A program made the position numbers and the translations under genes. A stretch of DNA of 64,000 bases from Laetmonice hystrix. Lineage: Eukaryota. Location: contig OZ249436.1 in assembly GCA_965235115.1 (NCBI GenBank), positions 39,682,001-39,746,000 on the forward strand, in the 5' to 3' direction. Shown here one piece after another: positions 41,215 through 53,000 of the stretch. The notes below the pieces were generated by a model that was not told where the DNA came from, ran no database searches, and saw nothing but the letters and a program-made list of their open reading frames with translations. How positions within the stretch are numbered: the stretch's first letter is position 1; each line of letters starts with the position of its first letter.

Positions 41215-42038
41215 CCACCAAATCGTCTCCCCAAATATCGTCCTTTTTTTCTACATCAGAAATCGATATATTTTTTTTCCCTTCAACCCCCTCCCCCTGG
41301 AAACCTGTGCCGTCCATCGCCACATAAAAGTTTGGGTGCAGGGTGACAGGGAGGCCGGTTGGTGGGAGGGAGGGTGACCTGATTCCTTCTGTTCGTCGTT
41401 CGTGGACTGTGCAGTTGTATCTCAGTTACGGCTGCTCCGTGTGCCACACAAAGGTTGAAAGGGCAAGGTCCGTGTCAAGCCGGCGTTCGTGTTGACTGCC
41501 AATTCCGGCTGGACACCGGACACATGTGTCCTGATGGACATGGCCAGGAGGTGGTCACTGGATGGCCCTCGCTTTGATGTCTACTCGGGTCCGCTGCCCG
41601 TCTTAAGACAGGCCCCCAACCGTCAGAAGTAGCACCGCTAGTAGTAGGGAAAATGAGAGTGTACCATGTTGTAAACCGGAGCAATGACTCAAAGGCTAGC
41701 TCATAATTTGTATTCATATGTACGAGTCTCTTTGACAGCAGACGCCCGTACTTGGAGGGGGCGGGGGCATCACTCTCAAGGTTTCAAGGAGAGGTTGTTT
41801 TTTTATCAACGCGGTGCTTTGTACAGTATCGGTTGTACCTAAGGTCGTATATAGCGGAGATAACAAGTATCCCTCAGAGGGGATAGCGGCAGACGCAGTT
41901 GATCCGGCTTCAAAGTATATATCCACCAGCCAACCCAAGAAATGCACTGGCTGCTTTTAACATTTCACAGATGAAATTGGAAGGATCATACATCTATTTT
42001 TTTGCCACTATCAGAAGAGGTGATTAATGCATTTTTGG

Positions 42039-42339
42039 ACTTTCTCCCTCTCCCTCTCTCCCTCTCCCTGTCTCCCCCTCTCCCCCTCTCCCTCTCCCCC
42101 TCTCCCTCTCCCCCTCTCCCTCCCTCCCTCTCTCCCTCTCTCCCTCTCCCTCCCTCTCTCTCTCTCCCTCCCTGTCTCTCTCTCTCTCTCTTTTACTCTC
42201 TCCCTCCCCCTCTCTCTCTCTCCCTCTCTCTCTCTCCCTCCCTCCCTCTCTCTCTCCCTCCCTCCCTCTCTCTCTCCCTCCCTCTCTCTCTCCCTCCCTC
42301 TCTCTCTCCCTCTCTCTTCCTCTCTCTCTCCTCTCCCTT
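42039..42339. repeat. ~300-bp polypyrimidine/polypurine (CT-rich) tract
   Basis: Almost exclusively C/T on the + strand. It is the source of the low-complexity ORFs at 42002-42399. Confidence 0.96.
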
Positions 42340-42706
42340 GGGGTGACAGTGGCACTTGACATGACCAAAATAGAACAATGTACACATCGAACTTGTCAAT
42401 GTAATACTAGTGCAACTGATGCCTTGTGGCTAACAATACATGTTAGTCTATCACCGCGCGATCGTCTCTGTACATGGTGACGTCATTTCTGCATGGGCCG
42501 CTTGAGTTCCCCTGCCCCAAAAACAGTAATTCCTATAAGTGGTGAGGAACAGACGATATAGTTTCCGCGAAAACAGCCGTCTGTGAAAGCACTTGATTGA
42601 CGATGATGAGCACGTCCCACTCCCTGGCAAGGACACCCATTTCTCGATCAGTGACCACATCAATTCACAGTTCCAACTTGGTCAGCTTTGTCGGTGTACA
42701 TCAGTA

Positions 42707-43058
42707 AAGCTGGTATCTCACTGAGCGGCGAATGCTTGCGAACGTAGCGAATTTTGGGTTTCGTCAGGGTTCGTAAAAGGTTGCAAAAATGTTCGCACAC
42801 AGTTTTACTTGTCGCAAACAGTAATAGTTGCTAATCTTCGCAATAACATTTGCTTACAGTCGCTAACAGTTGCCAACTGTCTTTCGCAAACACTTTCGCA
42901 AACATTCGCGCGAATGTTGCTAATTGTTTCTAATCATTGCTAAATGTCGCTAATGCCAGAGGCGAACGCTTGATTTTCGCCAAGATTTGTCAGAAAAGTT
43001 GGCGAATCCAAAAATCGCAACGTTCGTAAGCATTCGCCTCTCAGTGAGATACCAGCTT
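42707..43058. mobile_element. 352-bp MITE with ~50-bp TIRs, TA (or TWA) target
   Basis: TA|aagctggtatctcactgagcggcgaatgcttgcgaacg ... cgttcgtaagcattcgcctctcagtgagataccagctt|TA. The interior is rich in tcgc/gcga subrepeats. Confidence 0.9.
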
Positions 43059-43679
43059 TAGAGAAATGACGGCCCGCCTTACAGGCCTCAGCACAACGGT
43101 GGCACCACTGACGGGAGGCCTTGGTGGAGTCTCAATAATTAGCCTTTGATATTTCAAGAAGGAGCTGATTCGTCATAAGAATCTTCCAGACCCTCAATCC
43201 CGCCCCCCCCCCCCCGCCTTTGGGGATGGAAACCGTACTTTCAGTGTACCCCGCAACTGTACAGTTTTTATCAGGTTTTGCTTTAAATATATAAAGCAGT
43301 GGGGTTTATTGTCTTCAGTAAAGAAGCCAAGTTTGGTTTTATAGTTAAGAGCTGTAGCCGATTGCATAGACGGAATCCTTGGCCACTGTTTGCGAAGGTT
43401 AAATAAAGTAACTATATTTGATTCTGTGGTATTTTCATGGTCCTAGAATCTCAAGTTTAATGTCTTTTGAGTACTTGGAATGCAGAACGTGTCCCTGTGT
43501 GAGGAGTGTTGTGATTTTCGCAACGCCGTTTTCCTTGCTGTGTATAGGCTTTTGTTCCGTCATAATGGTAATTCTTACGTCGCCCAATGAATGTTGGGAG
43601 GATGAACGAACCGAGTCAGAGAAGTTATCTATTTCACTTTTTCCTGATCTAATGCCAGAAACACACCAAGGCAGTTTAA

Positions 43680-44191
43680 AGGAAATATGTCACGGGGGGT
43701 ATCGACCGAAATCTTCAGTTTTCTGCTTACCTGCTCACCACTGACGTATTTTATGGCAGTGATTGTTTTTCATATTGATTCTGTTAACACATACTACGAG
43801 TAGACAGCTGTGAAATTCTCCCTAATGTAGAAAAATTAATAAAACTAGCTGCAGTGTCTGCAGAGTGCGGTAAATCCGCCATCTAAGTAAATAACAAATA
43901 AATAAATAAATAAATAAATAACAAATCTATAAAATGATAGGGGGACTATTATAATGGCCCATCCGCCGATCGTGTGAAAAGGGTGCACAGCCGGCTGCAA
44001 ATCCCGTGGTCTCGGAATCTAAGTGTGTCATTTTCAGTGACCGCATTAAGAATTGGCGATTTTTTTTTACAAAATACCGACCAAAGCTATATAAACAGGT
44101 AGGGGACCTTTGGGGCATACCGGAGAACCGCAATGCAGACATATTTTTGCTGAAACACGACGTATTATTTGAAATTCGTGACATATTACCT
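43680..44191. mobile_element. Second Kolobok-like family member (TTAA TSD)
   Basis: TTAA|aggaaatatgtcacg ... cgtgacatattacct|TTAA (14/15 TIR). Confidence 0.75.
43844..43968. mobile_element. Small Helitron/Helentron-like fragment nested in the Kolobok-like element
   Basis: actag terminus next to hairpins ctgcagtgtctgcag and gcggtaaatccgc, then an (aaat)n microsatellite and a repeated atccgcc. Confidence 0.4.
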
Positions 44192-45770
44192 TTAAGACCT
44201 TGACGTAATTAAAAGTACTTTTAAATGGACATCGATGAAGAATTGGTCAGGATGGTCTTTCTAATCTCTGCGAACGTTTCCATAATGTGTTCCGTTAAAA
44301 TGCTGGTGTGAGAGTGAAAAGAGTCTGGCATGCGTCAATTAGTTCACAAGACAAAACTCCCGCCAAAAAAACACCGTTTAAAGACGACGGCGGCTGAATC
44401 GGTAAGGTGCCGCCTTTCCTGTTTGGGTTTTCGCGTGGTCTGTGAAACGCGTAAATACGTTGACGTCAGACGCCGTAGTCCGCGTTCTCGCCTCGCCGAC
44501 AGGTGTTGTGTTCATGTCGCAAGTTCCGTTTCGGTTACAGTTTTCCGTTTTCTTAGAGTCGGGCAGCTGTCAGCAGCCCCGATGGAGGCTTCATCGGTTT
44601 CGACATGGCACTTTAAGTGCCATTGTTCTAGCTCTGTCAAGAGGTGGGATTAGAAAGCCTTACAACAATGCCCGGATCAGCTGCACGCAAAAGGCAGCAA
44701 GGATCACGGCGTTTCAGTTTCCATAAAATCAGGGCTTGGATTAGAGAAAGGTCCGGCTACCGTGATTTAGTGAAACACGCGATCCTTATTTCATTTTGAT
44801 CGGCTGATTCCAATCTTCTCCTTCTCCGTCTCCTTCTCCTCCTCCTCTTCCTTCTTCTTCTTCACACAGTTGATATTGGAACCATAAACTACACTTCTCC
44901 TTCCTCCTGGAGTTGAACGAGCTGTTTATGTCCTTGGCCCTAAACCAATTATACATGTGTAACCTCAGAAATAGCACTGACAGGTCGCTGTGTATTTCAC
45001 TTGAAGACTTCGGAGCTCCATTGACATCTGACCCTAATATTGTAACACTGACATGGTAAGGAAACCTTGAATAGCTGGTGCCTGCCGTTTACGTCATATA
45101 CCTGGTCGTGTAACGTTCTCCTAGAGTCATGTCGGATGTCATTAAGATGATGCGACATTCTTCTCGTCGGCATGTCCTATGAACGACCTCATCACTCCTC
45201 CCAAGGAATTCGCCGATTAACTTGTTGAGATAGGCCCAATATGGTCTTTCTGTAACTTGTAGCAATAACCAACGGGGTTTTCCTTTCTTGACTTTAGCGC
45301 TAGATTTCTTGTCATTAAATTCTGAATTGTGCTGCGTATTTTCTCTGAGAACGCGCAGTTTGAGATGATCATTTGGGATTTTTATTCGAGAACCGTCAGA
45401 AGAAGTTGTTGGAAAGCGATGGCGGAGAACGTCGAGAGTTGAACATGGAGCGAGTTTTCAGTGTGTGCATCAGCCAGCATCTAGACGAGAGACAGTCGTC
45501 ACGCTCGGAGTCGGCACTTGGCCATGTACTCACCTCTGCCGGACCTAGGCCCGTGTTCAGGGGACCTTTCAAGAACCCCCTCCTGTGAGTTTGACGTCTA
45601 ATTGGAAACTCTTGTATGTGGGTGGAACTTTTTGATCATCTCCCCGCCAAAGGGACAATAGTTGGCACTGCGCGTGGGCCGAATGGGGGAGTCCCGCGTG
45701 AACAATAAAAGTAGTTGGTTACTTGTGCTAGGTCAGTGAATGGCCGATCAGACAGAAGTCCATACAGTTC

Positions 45771-46011
45771 TGTGTGAACGCGGCCCCTCCCCCTGTATGG
45801 ACGCAGCGCCACCTGTGTGAACGCGGCCCCTCCCCTTGTAGGACGCAGCGCCACTTGTGTGAACGCGGCCCCTCCCCCGGTAGGGACGCAGCGCCACTTG
45901 TGTGAACGCGGTCCCTCCCCTGCAGTGACGCACCCCCCCGTGTGAACAGCCCCACCTGTGTAAACAGCGCCACCTGTGTGAACGCGGCCCTCTCCCTGCA
46001 GGGACGCAGCA
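45771..46011. repeat. Degenerate GC-rich minisatellite, ~43-bp unit x~5
   Basis: tgtgtgaacgcggcccctcccc...gacgcagcgccacc recurs at 45771, 45814, 45856, 45899 and later. Confidence 0.88.
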
Positions 46012-47084
46012 GGCGCGAGCCAAGTTCAAAATATCAGGTGTCGGCAGGCAGTTTGAGCGTGGGAGGATCCACATGGCGTAGGTGGTAGCTTCCAGTCGGA
46101 TTAACCCGTCACCGGGGAAGGGGTAGCCCAACACCTGTGGAAGGTGTCAGGTCGTGCGTCCGCGCATACAATAAAAGCTGGATGGAATCTTGAGAAGGAC
46201 TCCTCGGAGTATAAAACACGGGTGGGCGGCCGGAGCAGTTCTCCGCGTTCCTTAGTGGATTCGGGATGCCTTTATTTTATAATCGTAGTTTATGTATTCA
46301 ATTTGTCTATAGGATGTTTTTTTTCTGCGTTTGCCTATAATGATTTTCCCATTATTGCCCCAAAGACTTCATAGTTAAGTCATTTGACAGAATTATACAG
46401 CTTTCAAGGAATTTTCTGAGAAATCGACGTTAAAAGCCGCCATAAGCCTACATTGAAGCTATATACAGAGAGGCCATGAGCCCCCAGCCCGTTTTTTTCC
46501 TATACGCCACTGAAAGAGAAACCTGTATCCCGTATCTGGACGGTCGTTCCTCTTCCATTGTTAATGCCCCCACTTTTTAATTGAGGAGCTAAGCCCCGTC
46601 CCGACGTCCCCTCTCTGTACCACAGAGCTATACCACCTGTCTGCGAGGCGCCATTACTCTCCCAGCTGTGACAGAGAATAGAAATGTTTGCATGATAATC
46701 ATATTGTATCGTGGGGGCGCTGTCTCTATATCCTAATGGATGTGCTGGTCAGGATACCATATGAACAAACGTTTGCCACTTTAAAAGAGTCACCGTTACA
46801 CACTCTTTATAAACATATCAAGGCTGAGAGGTTGTTTTATGAAAAATGCATTATATTAAATATGCCTTTCCATGTAAAAGAGGATCAGCTTTATGTAGTT
46901 TCATGTTGAACTTTAGTATGGGCACATTGTCCAGTCTGAACTTACAAACCTAAATGTAGGCATGAGAGGCAAGGACAAATTGCATTTCCGATTACTGATG
47001 AATAGTTTGTAACAGGTGCACAGGTGAAAGGGATTGCTCTGGATGAGCTGTGGTCTGGTTCCTTGTGGCTCATCCGTGGATTAC

Positions 47085-47860
47085 ATAATACACCCTGGAA
47101 CAGTCACATCATACACCCTGGAAAAGTCACACAATACACCCTGGAACAGTCCCATAATACAGCATGGAAAATTCACACAATACACCCTGGAACAGTCACA
47201 TCATACACCAGCGTTCTCGCCAGCCTTTTTCAGCGTAGCGGGCCGCTACGCTGTGTATTTAGGCCACTACACTGTCTTTGAGGCCGCTACATTGTCTCTT
47301 GACCAGCGTACCGGCAAAAACTTGTCTAAATTCAACAGAACCCACAGGAATACCGGTAAAATGTCACTTGTTTACTGTCCAGTTTTACAAACCTTTCTTA
47401 TCTGACTATCTAGACCGCAAGATAAGGCTCTAAAATAGCCTAAATTACCTGAGCTTGGGGTTTGCCCCTCCTGTACCCCTAACCAGGGCTCTGCCCTTAG
47501 TTTGACCACTACGTTGTCGAAAATTTCTGGCGAGAACCCTGTACACCCTGGAAAAGTCACACAATACACCCCGGAATAGTTACATAATACACCCTGGAAC
47601 AGTCACATAATACACCATAGAGCAGTTACATCATACACCCGGGAATAGTCACATACCCCCTGGAACAGTCACATAATAACACCCTGGAACAGTCACATAA
47701 TACACCCTAGAGCAGTTACATCATACACCCTGGAATAGTCGCATCATACACCCTGGAACAGTCACATAATACACCCTGGGACACTCACATCGAACACCCT
47801 GGAACCCTCACATTGAACACCCTGGAACACTCACACAATACTCCCTGGAACACTCGCACG
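47085..47860. repeat. Minisatellite, ~23-bp unit, interrupted by a MITE
   Basis: tacaccctggaacagtcacataa occurs on both sides of 47209-47541. Confidence 0.9.
47209..47541. mobile_element. 333-bp MITE with 15-bp TIRs and 5-bp TSD (TACAC)
   Basis: cagcgttctcgccag ... ctggcgagaaccctg (14/15 inverted match). tacac lies at 47204-47208 and 47542-47546. Removing the element plus one TSD restores the minisatellite unit. Confidence 0.88.
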
Positions 47861-48129
47861 ATACGTACACGGCTTACCTGACCTGTACGTTGTATCTTAC
47901 ATTGACATCTCGCCGCTGATTGTGGTGTAGCCAGTTGACAGATCCGTTCAATGTTGTTCCTGGCTCGGCAATATTGGATGGGGGAGGGCGGGGAGGGGGG
48001 GGGGTGATTGAGATCAGACTCTTCTCAACAGATGTCCGGACAATCGGCCATATCATTTATACCTGGGGCCTCGGACAGGTACCCCACCCCTAAAACTCAG
48101 ACATTGGTTTTTCTATACCTGTCTACACC

Positions 48130-48752
48130 AGTATGTCGATAATGTACGTTTAATGATTTCACATGGTATATAAGTATGTGTATGCAGTGTGTCGATAATG
48201 TACGTTTAATGATTTCACATGGTATATAAGTATGTGTATGCAGTGTGTCGATAATGTACGTTTAATGATTTCACATGGTATATAAGTATGTGTATGCAGT
48301 ATGTCGATAATGTACGGTTAATGATTTCACATGGTACATTGTATATCAGTATGTGTATGCAGTGTGTCTATAATGTACGTTTAATGATTTCACATGGTAT
48401 ATAAGTATGTGTATGCAGTGTGTCGATAATGTACGTTTAATGATTTCACATGGTATATCAGTATGTGTATGCAGTATGTCGATAATGTACGTTTAATGAT
48501 TTCACATGGTATATAAGTATGTGTATGCAGTATGTCGATAATGTACGTTTAATGATTTCACATGGTATATAAGTATGTGTATGCAGTATGTCGATAATGT
48601 ACGTTTAATGATTTCACATGGTATATAAGTATGTGTATGCAGTGTGTCGATAATGTACGTTTAATGATTTCACATGGTATATAAGTATGTGTATGCAGTG
48701 TGTCGATAATGTACGTTCAATGATTTCACATGGTATATAAGTATGTGTATGT
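48130..48752. repeat. AT-rich minisatellite, 56-bp unit x~11
   Basis: Unit gtatgtcgataatgtacgtttaatgatttcacatggtatataagtatgtgtatgca. One copy has a 7-nt insertion. Confidence 0.97.
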
Positions 48753-49569
48753 ATGTCTGTGAACCATCTTCACCAAAGGATGATGATGACGATAACAAAA
48801 GTACAGTAAAAGAAGCCAGCGGTTGGAATAAAAATAACATGTAATAACAATAAATGAAAACAATTCTTCATACTGGCCTTTTGTTCCAAAACAGGAGGTC
48901 GTTTTTTGGTCTCTTGTAGTGAGTGTTTCCCCCCGGGACATGGGTGAGACATTCTAAGACTTGATCTGGCAGGGTCGCTTATGTGGAGGATGGGCCCTGT
49001 TGCCTCTAGTTTAGAACTGTTTGGATGTGAACAGTTGGATAACCTGTTTGTTTCACGCCATTGTTCGCCTGGAGACTTGGGGCTGTTCAAAATCTGTTAC
49101 ATCCCGGCTAGAGTCTGCTTTGTACGGCATGATGGTAGAGTGTGATGTAGCTGTGTTAGTGAGAGTTTGCCTTGAGGCCAGCACGAGTATATAATGTGGG
49201 ATAGCTTTGATGTGAGCGTAGTTGGCGCTGAGTTAGTGAGGTCTCGACCCCCACAGCTCAGAGTCTGCTGCTATAATAGAGTTAACTGGCGCAGGATGAG
49301 AACCAGGTTCCATTGACTAATCTCAGCTGTCGTTTAACTTCAAGGGCTACAGGCCAAAGGTCAACGGTCTTTGATACAAAGTCAAACCTTTTCAGTTAAC
49401 ATTATTATGTCTGATACATTCTCGCTCTGAAGGGTGCTTCCCAGCATGTATCTAGAAACCCATGGGGACGTTATACTTTGTAAGTCAAACCAGTTTTGGT
49501 CACAGAATTATTTGGATGAAAATCAATCTTTATACGAAATGTCACAATTTATCCAACGATAGGGCACAG

Positions 49570-49670
49570 GGGCTCAATGTGGCGTAATAGCTGTGACCAC
49601 AACGCCTCTGTGGTTTTCCCCGGATACTCCAGTTACTCTCACAATGTAACTGGCCGCTTCCATATTTCCC
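49570..49670 (+). mobile_element. V-SINE-like remnant
   Basis: tggttttccccggatactccagttactctcaca resembles the same core as 3142-3168. Confidence 0.4.
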
Positions 49671-49886
49671 TGGGCTTTGGTTAGGCGTAAACTCCCAATG
49701 GCTAGTCGTGCAGTGGAGAGTTGGTGTGGGAGAGTATAGTGATGTAGAATTTGGTAGATCATCTCCCATTCCAAGAATGAGGTACTTATTGGTGCCATTC
49801 TCTAGCTTCCCATACACAGTATAAGGGCCTTGATGCGTGGCCCAGAAATGTTCTTTTGGGAAACAGTCGTATACGGTGTCATACAG

Positions 49887-50057
49887 CATAGGCGGATCCA
49901 TTATTTTGTTGGGGGGGGGGGGGGGTAACCATCGGGCAAAAACAATAGACCAAGGCCAAAAATATGTGATAAATTGGATGATAAAAATAACATCGTCCAG
50001 AATTTCAGGGGGGGGGGGGCTCGAGCCCCCTTCGCCCCGCCCCCCGATCCGCCAGTA
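49887..50057. mobile_element. 171-bp poly-G MITE with 5-bp TSD (TACAG)
   Basis: cataggcggatc ... gatccgccagta (shared ggcggatc core, decayed outer bases). tacag lies at 49882-49886 and 50058-50062. Confidence 0.7.
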
Positions 50058-53000
50058 TACAGTCGCCCATGATTTGTTAGTTCATGGCGTTTCTTTCATC
50101 TTGTTGTATTTCTGTGTCTGATAGTAAACGCACCTTCTGCGAGGGATTCTTCATGCTATTCGCGAATACCAATTAACAGACTGTACCGATTCTGTGACCA
50201 GCCTACCGTACATGTTCTTTGAGACATACAAGGTACTACTGCGACAGGCCTCTCTGTATGTTCTCTATGAAATGAACCACACAAATGATGGATATCGACA
50301 AGGAGGCTGTTTTAGTCCACCATATCTCTGAGATGTTTTTGACAGGTGACCCTTTGATCAGACGTTGCTGTTGAAGACCTTTGAGATGTGTCACGTCCGG
50401 ATGATGAATGAGCTGGGTATGTCTAGAGGCGAGTATTATCTTACGGAACACAGCTAATGCAATATTGAAAATTCATGAGAGCATGTTTGATTATCCCGGC
50501 ACTGGGGCGTGCACACATACTGCTATCGATAACGGCAAACGGCCGTGTTTGGTCAGCTTAAATGCGAGTGGACGCAAGAAAATGCTGAGTTTTCAGGTTT
50601 TGGTGGAGGAAAGGGTGGAATTGAGGGATATTCCGGGTGCCAGGCCGGGATAACGTGTTGTTCCCGGGGGAGGTTGGGGTGGCGGGCCGACGTGACGGTT
50701 AAGGCGGACCGTAGTCGTGTCCATGCACACCCTAACGACGCGTTTTGACGGGCCCGGCTTACTGTCGTTAACATTGATCCCTGCTCAACCCGAAAAAGGC
50801 CTGCGGTGTCTGAATGGTGCCTGTAAATATTTAAGAGCATTTCTCAGTCAGAAGGTGCCCGCTCTGTTATGAGGGGGTTTTGAATCGTGTTAATTGGTGG
50901 GGTATTATGTTTGTTGTGGTAGAGTTTGAGGGGTGCGTATTTGAGAACAGAAGCAGCGCCGTTGGAACTGACACACTTTCCCCTGAAGCTTGTCAATTGA
51001 CATTCAGCCCTTAACGCAGTTCCAATGCAGGAGAAACGTAATTTGACAGTGGGAAGAAATCTTTCTCCACAAAGGACGTCATTTTCAGACATGGTTACAC
51101 GTTGGTGGAGACAAGCGGCATGGTTGCCAGTCAGTGCAGGCAGGCGAGCATATTGCTGGCAACACTTTGCTATGCATTGTGGCCACTGCTGCTAATGGGG
51201 ACTGACACTAGCTGGCAAGGAAAGCACAACAGGTTATTAGGTGGGATTAGAACGGCACTATTTGATCTGGCCAATGAAAAATGAGGATTATTGGTTGAAT
51301 CTTTTGTGCCGATTCCATCAAGAAGGCAGGCCTTGGATTATTTATTGTGAGGCAGTCTTTTCACGGCCAATGTAACATTTATTGACAGGCTTGAGTAAAG
51401 ACGACAAACACCCAATGTGTGTAAGGTTAGCGTTAGTGCCCTGTTGTTATCGTCATTGGGCTATTCAACTCATGGAAATAAATATCCGGCCTTTGTCACG
51501 TGCCCACGTGATCCCAACCAGGGGTTATCAATAGACCTCCCCAAATTACGTTTCTGATTTAAATTGAGTCGTTGGTCTCCAGGAAAGTATAGCATTGTTA
51601 GGGCAAACCTCCCCGGAAATTCCTGGCCGCCAGGAAACGTTCTGATGGCAGTGTGGAGCCAGGAAATAACAAAACAGACACAATTACGGAAACGAGGCTT
51701 CACTTAAAGCTTGTATTCCTTTCCATTGGTACTACATGTTGCTGAGTCGTAGGACTGCAACTTAAGCGCCTACTCAGCCTGGGACTATGATCGTTTGTTT
51801 GGGGGAAGGATTCGTACGATGCATATGCATTGACAATTTGTAGCTCGAGGGCCCACAGTTCCTGCCTTTGCAGGTCTTACCTGCCGTGCATCTTAGCGAC
51901 TATAAATCATTTGATTTTGACAATGTCATAAAATTAAGTCGGTGGACTTGTTTGATTCATGAAGGCGAACCCGTCAGTGATGAAGGGGGGGGGGTGTGTG
52001 TTTGTATGTGTGTGTTTGTAGGTGTGTGTTTGTAGGGAGGACGGATTGTTCCGACCGGTCTGGTCTCTGTGGGCAATCCCTGAGGCCAAACTGGGCGCAG
52101 CCGTAGTGCAGACATGTAGTCGGGGACCGTGTGTGGATGGGTTATAAGTTCCGGAGACAGGATGTTGTTGGTCCGGTCAGGCTCTGGGCTCCATCAGGTG
52201 CTATCCCAGCGCCAAATATATCACACTCCCACAGCTACACTCCTAATGTCACAAAAGTTAAAAAAAAACATTGGCGATAGTCAAAACACCAAACATTCTC
52301 ACAATACCATTGAAGTTTGAGTAGAAAAAAAATGAAACGCGGTGTTGTAATAGTTTGTGGATGATACCCTGTGTAGAGGGTAGTCGTTGACATAGGGCGG
52401 TTCCGGCGAACTCCAGCTCATGTAGCCGTGGTGTCTACCTGACACTGCTCGGTTAGTACAGATGGGAATGGGAAGCTAGGCTGGCGGGATATGAAGTCCT
52501 GGTTCATGGAGTGTGCTCATCCTAGAAAAGTAGGACTTGGTGGTTTAAGGCGTGGTTATTTTTTGTATTTTGTTGATGTGTGAGCAGATGCACATCTACT
52601 TATATAAAGAGGCATGCTATGCTATGATGATATACGGGACTATGCTATGATGATATGCAGGACTATGAACATACAGGACTAACGTCAACGTGGATACAGA
52701 TCCGACGGAACTGTAATAAAGTCACAAACAGGACTTGTCGTTATTCTTTTATTTACTCTCGTTTTTTTAATATTTTGATTTATAATAATTCCGTTCTGTT
52801 TTATACGAAATTTTATCAGATATTTCACTTGACTTCTGCGTAATCTTCTTAAAACCAGGCTTTATTGCACGTGGAATTTTGTAAAAAAAAAGAACTGAAT
52901 ATTCTGTCTTGACAAATTTAAGATATTCCTTCCATGCTAATTTAATTACGGTAGTGGTTTTAATAATTCACACAAAATTGTAATATCTGTCTAATTGGTT

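Noticed and set aside
46210..46240. TATAAAA plus Inr-like cagtt core promoter
   Set aside because: The spacing is slightly short, there is no downstream gene evidence, and such short motifs occur by chance.
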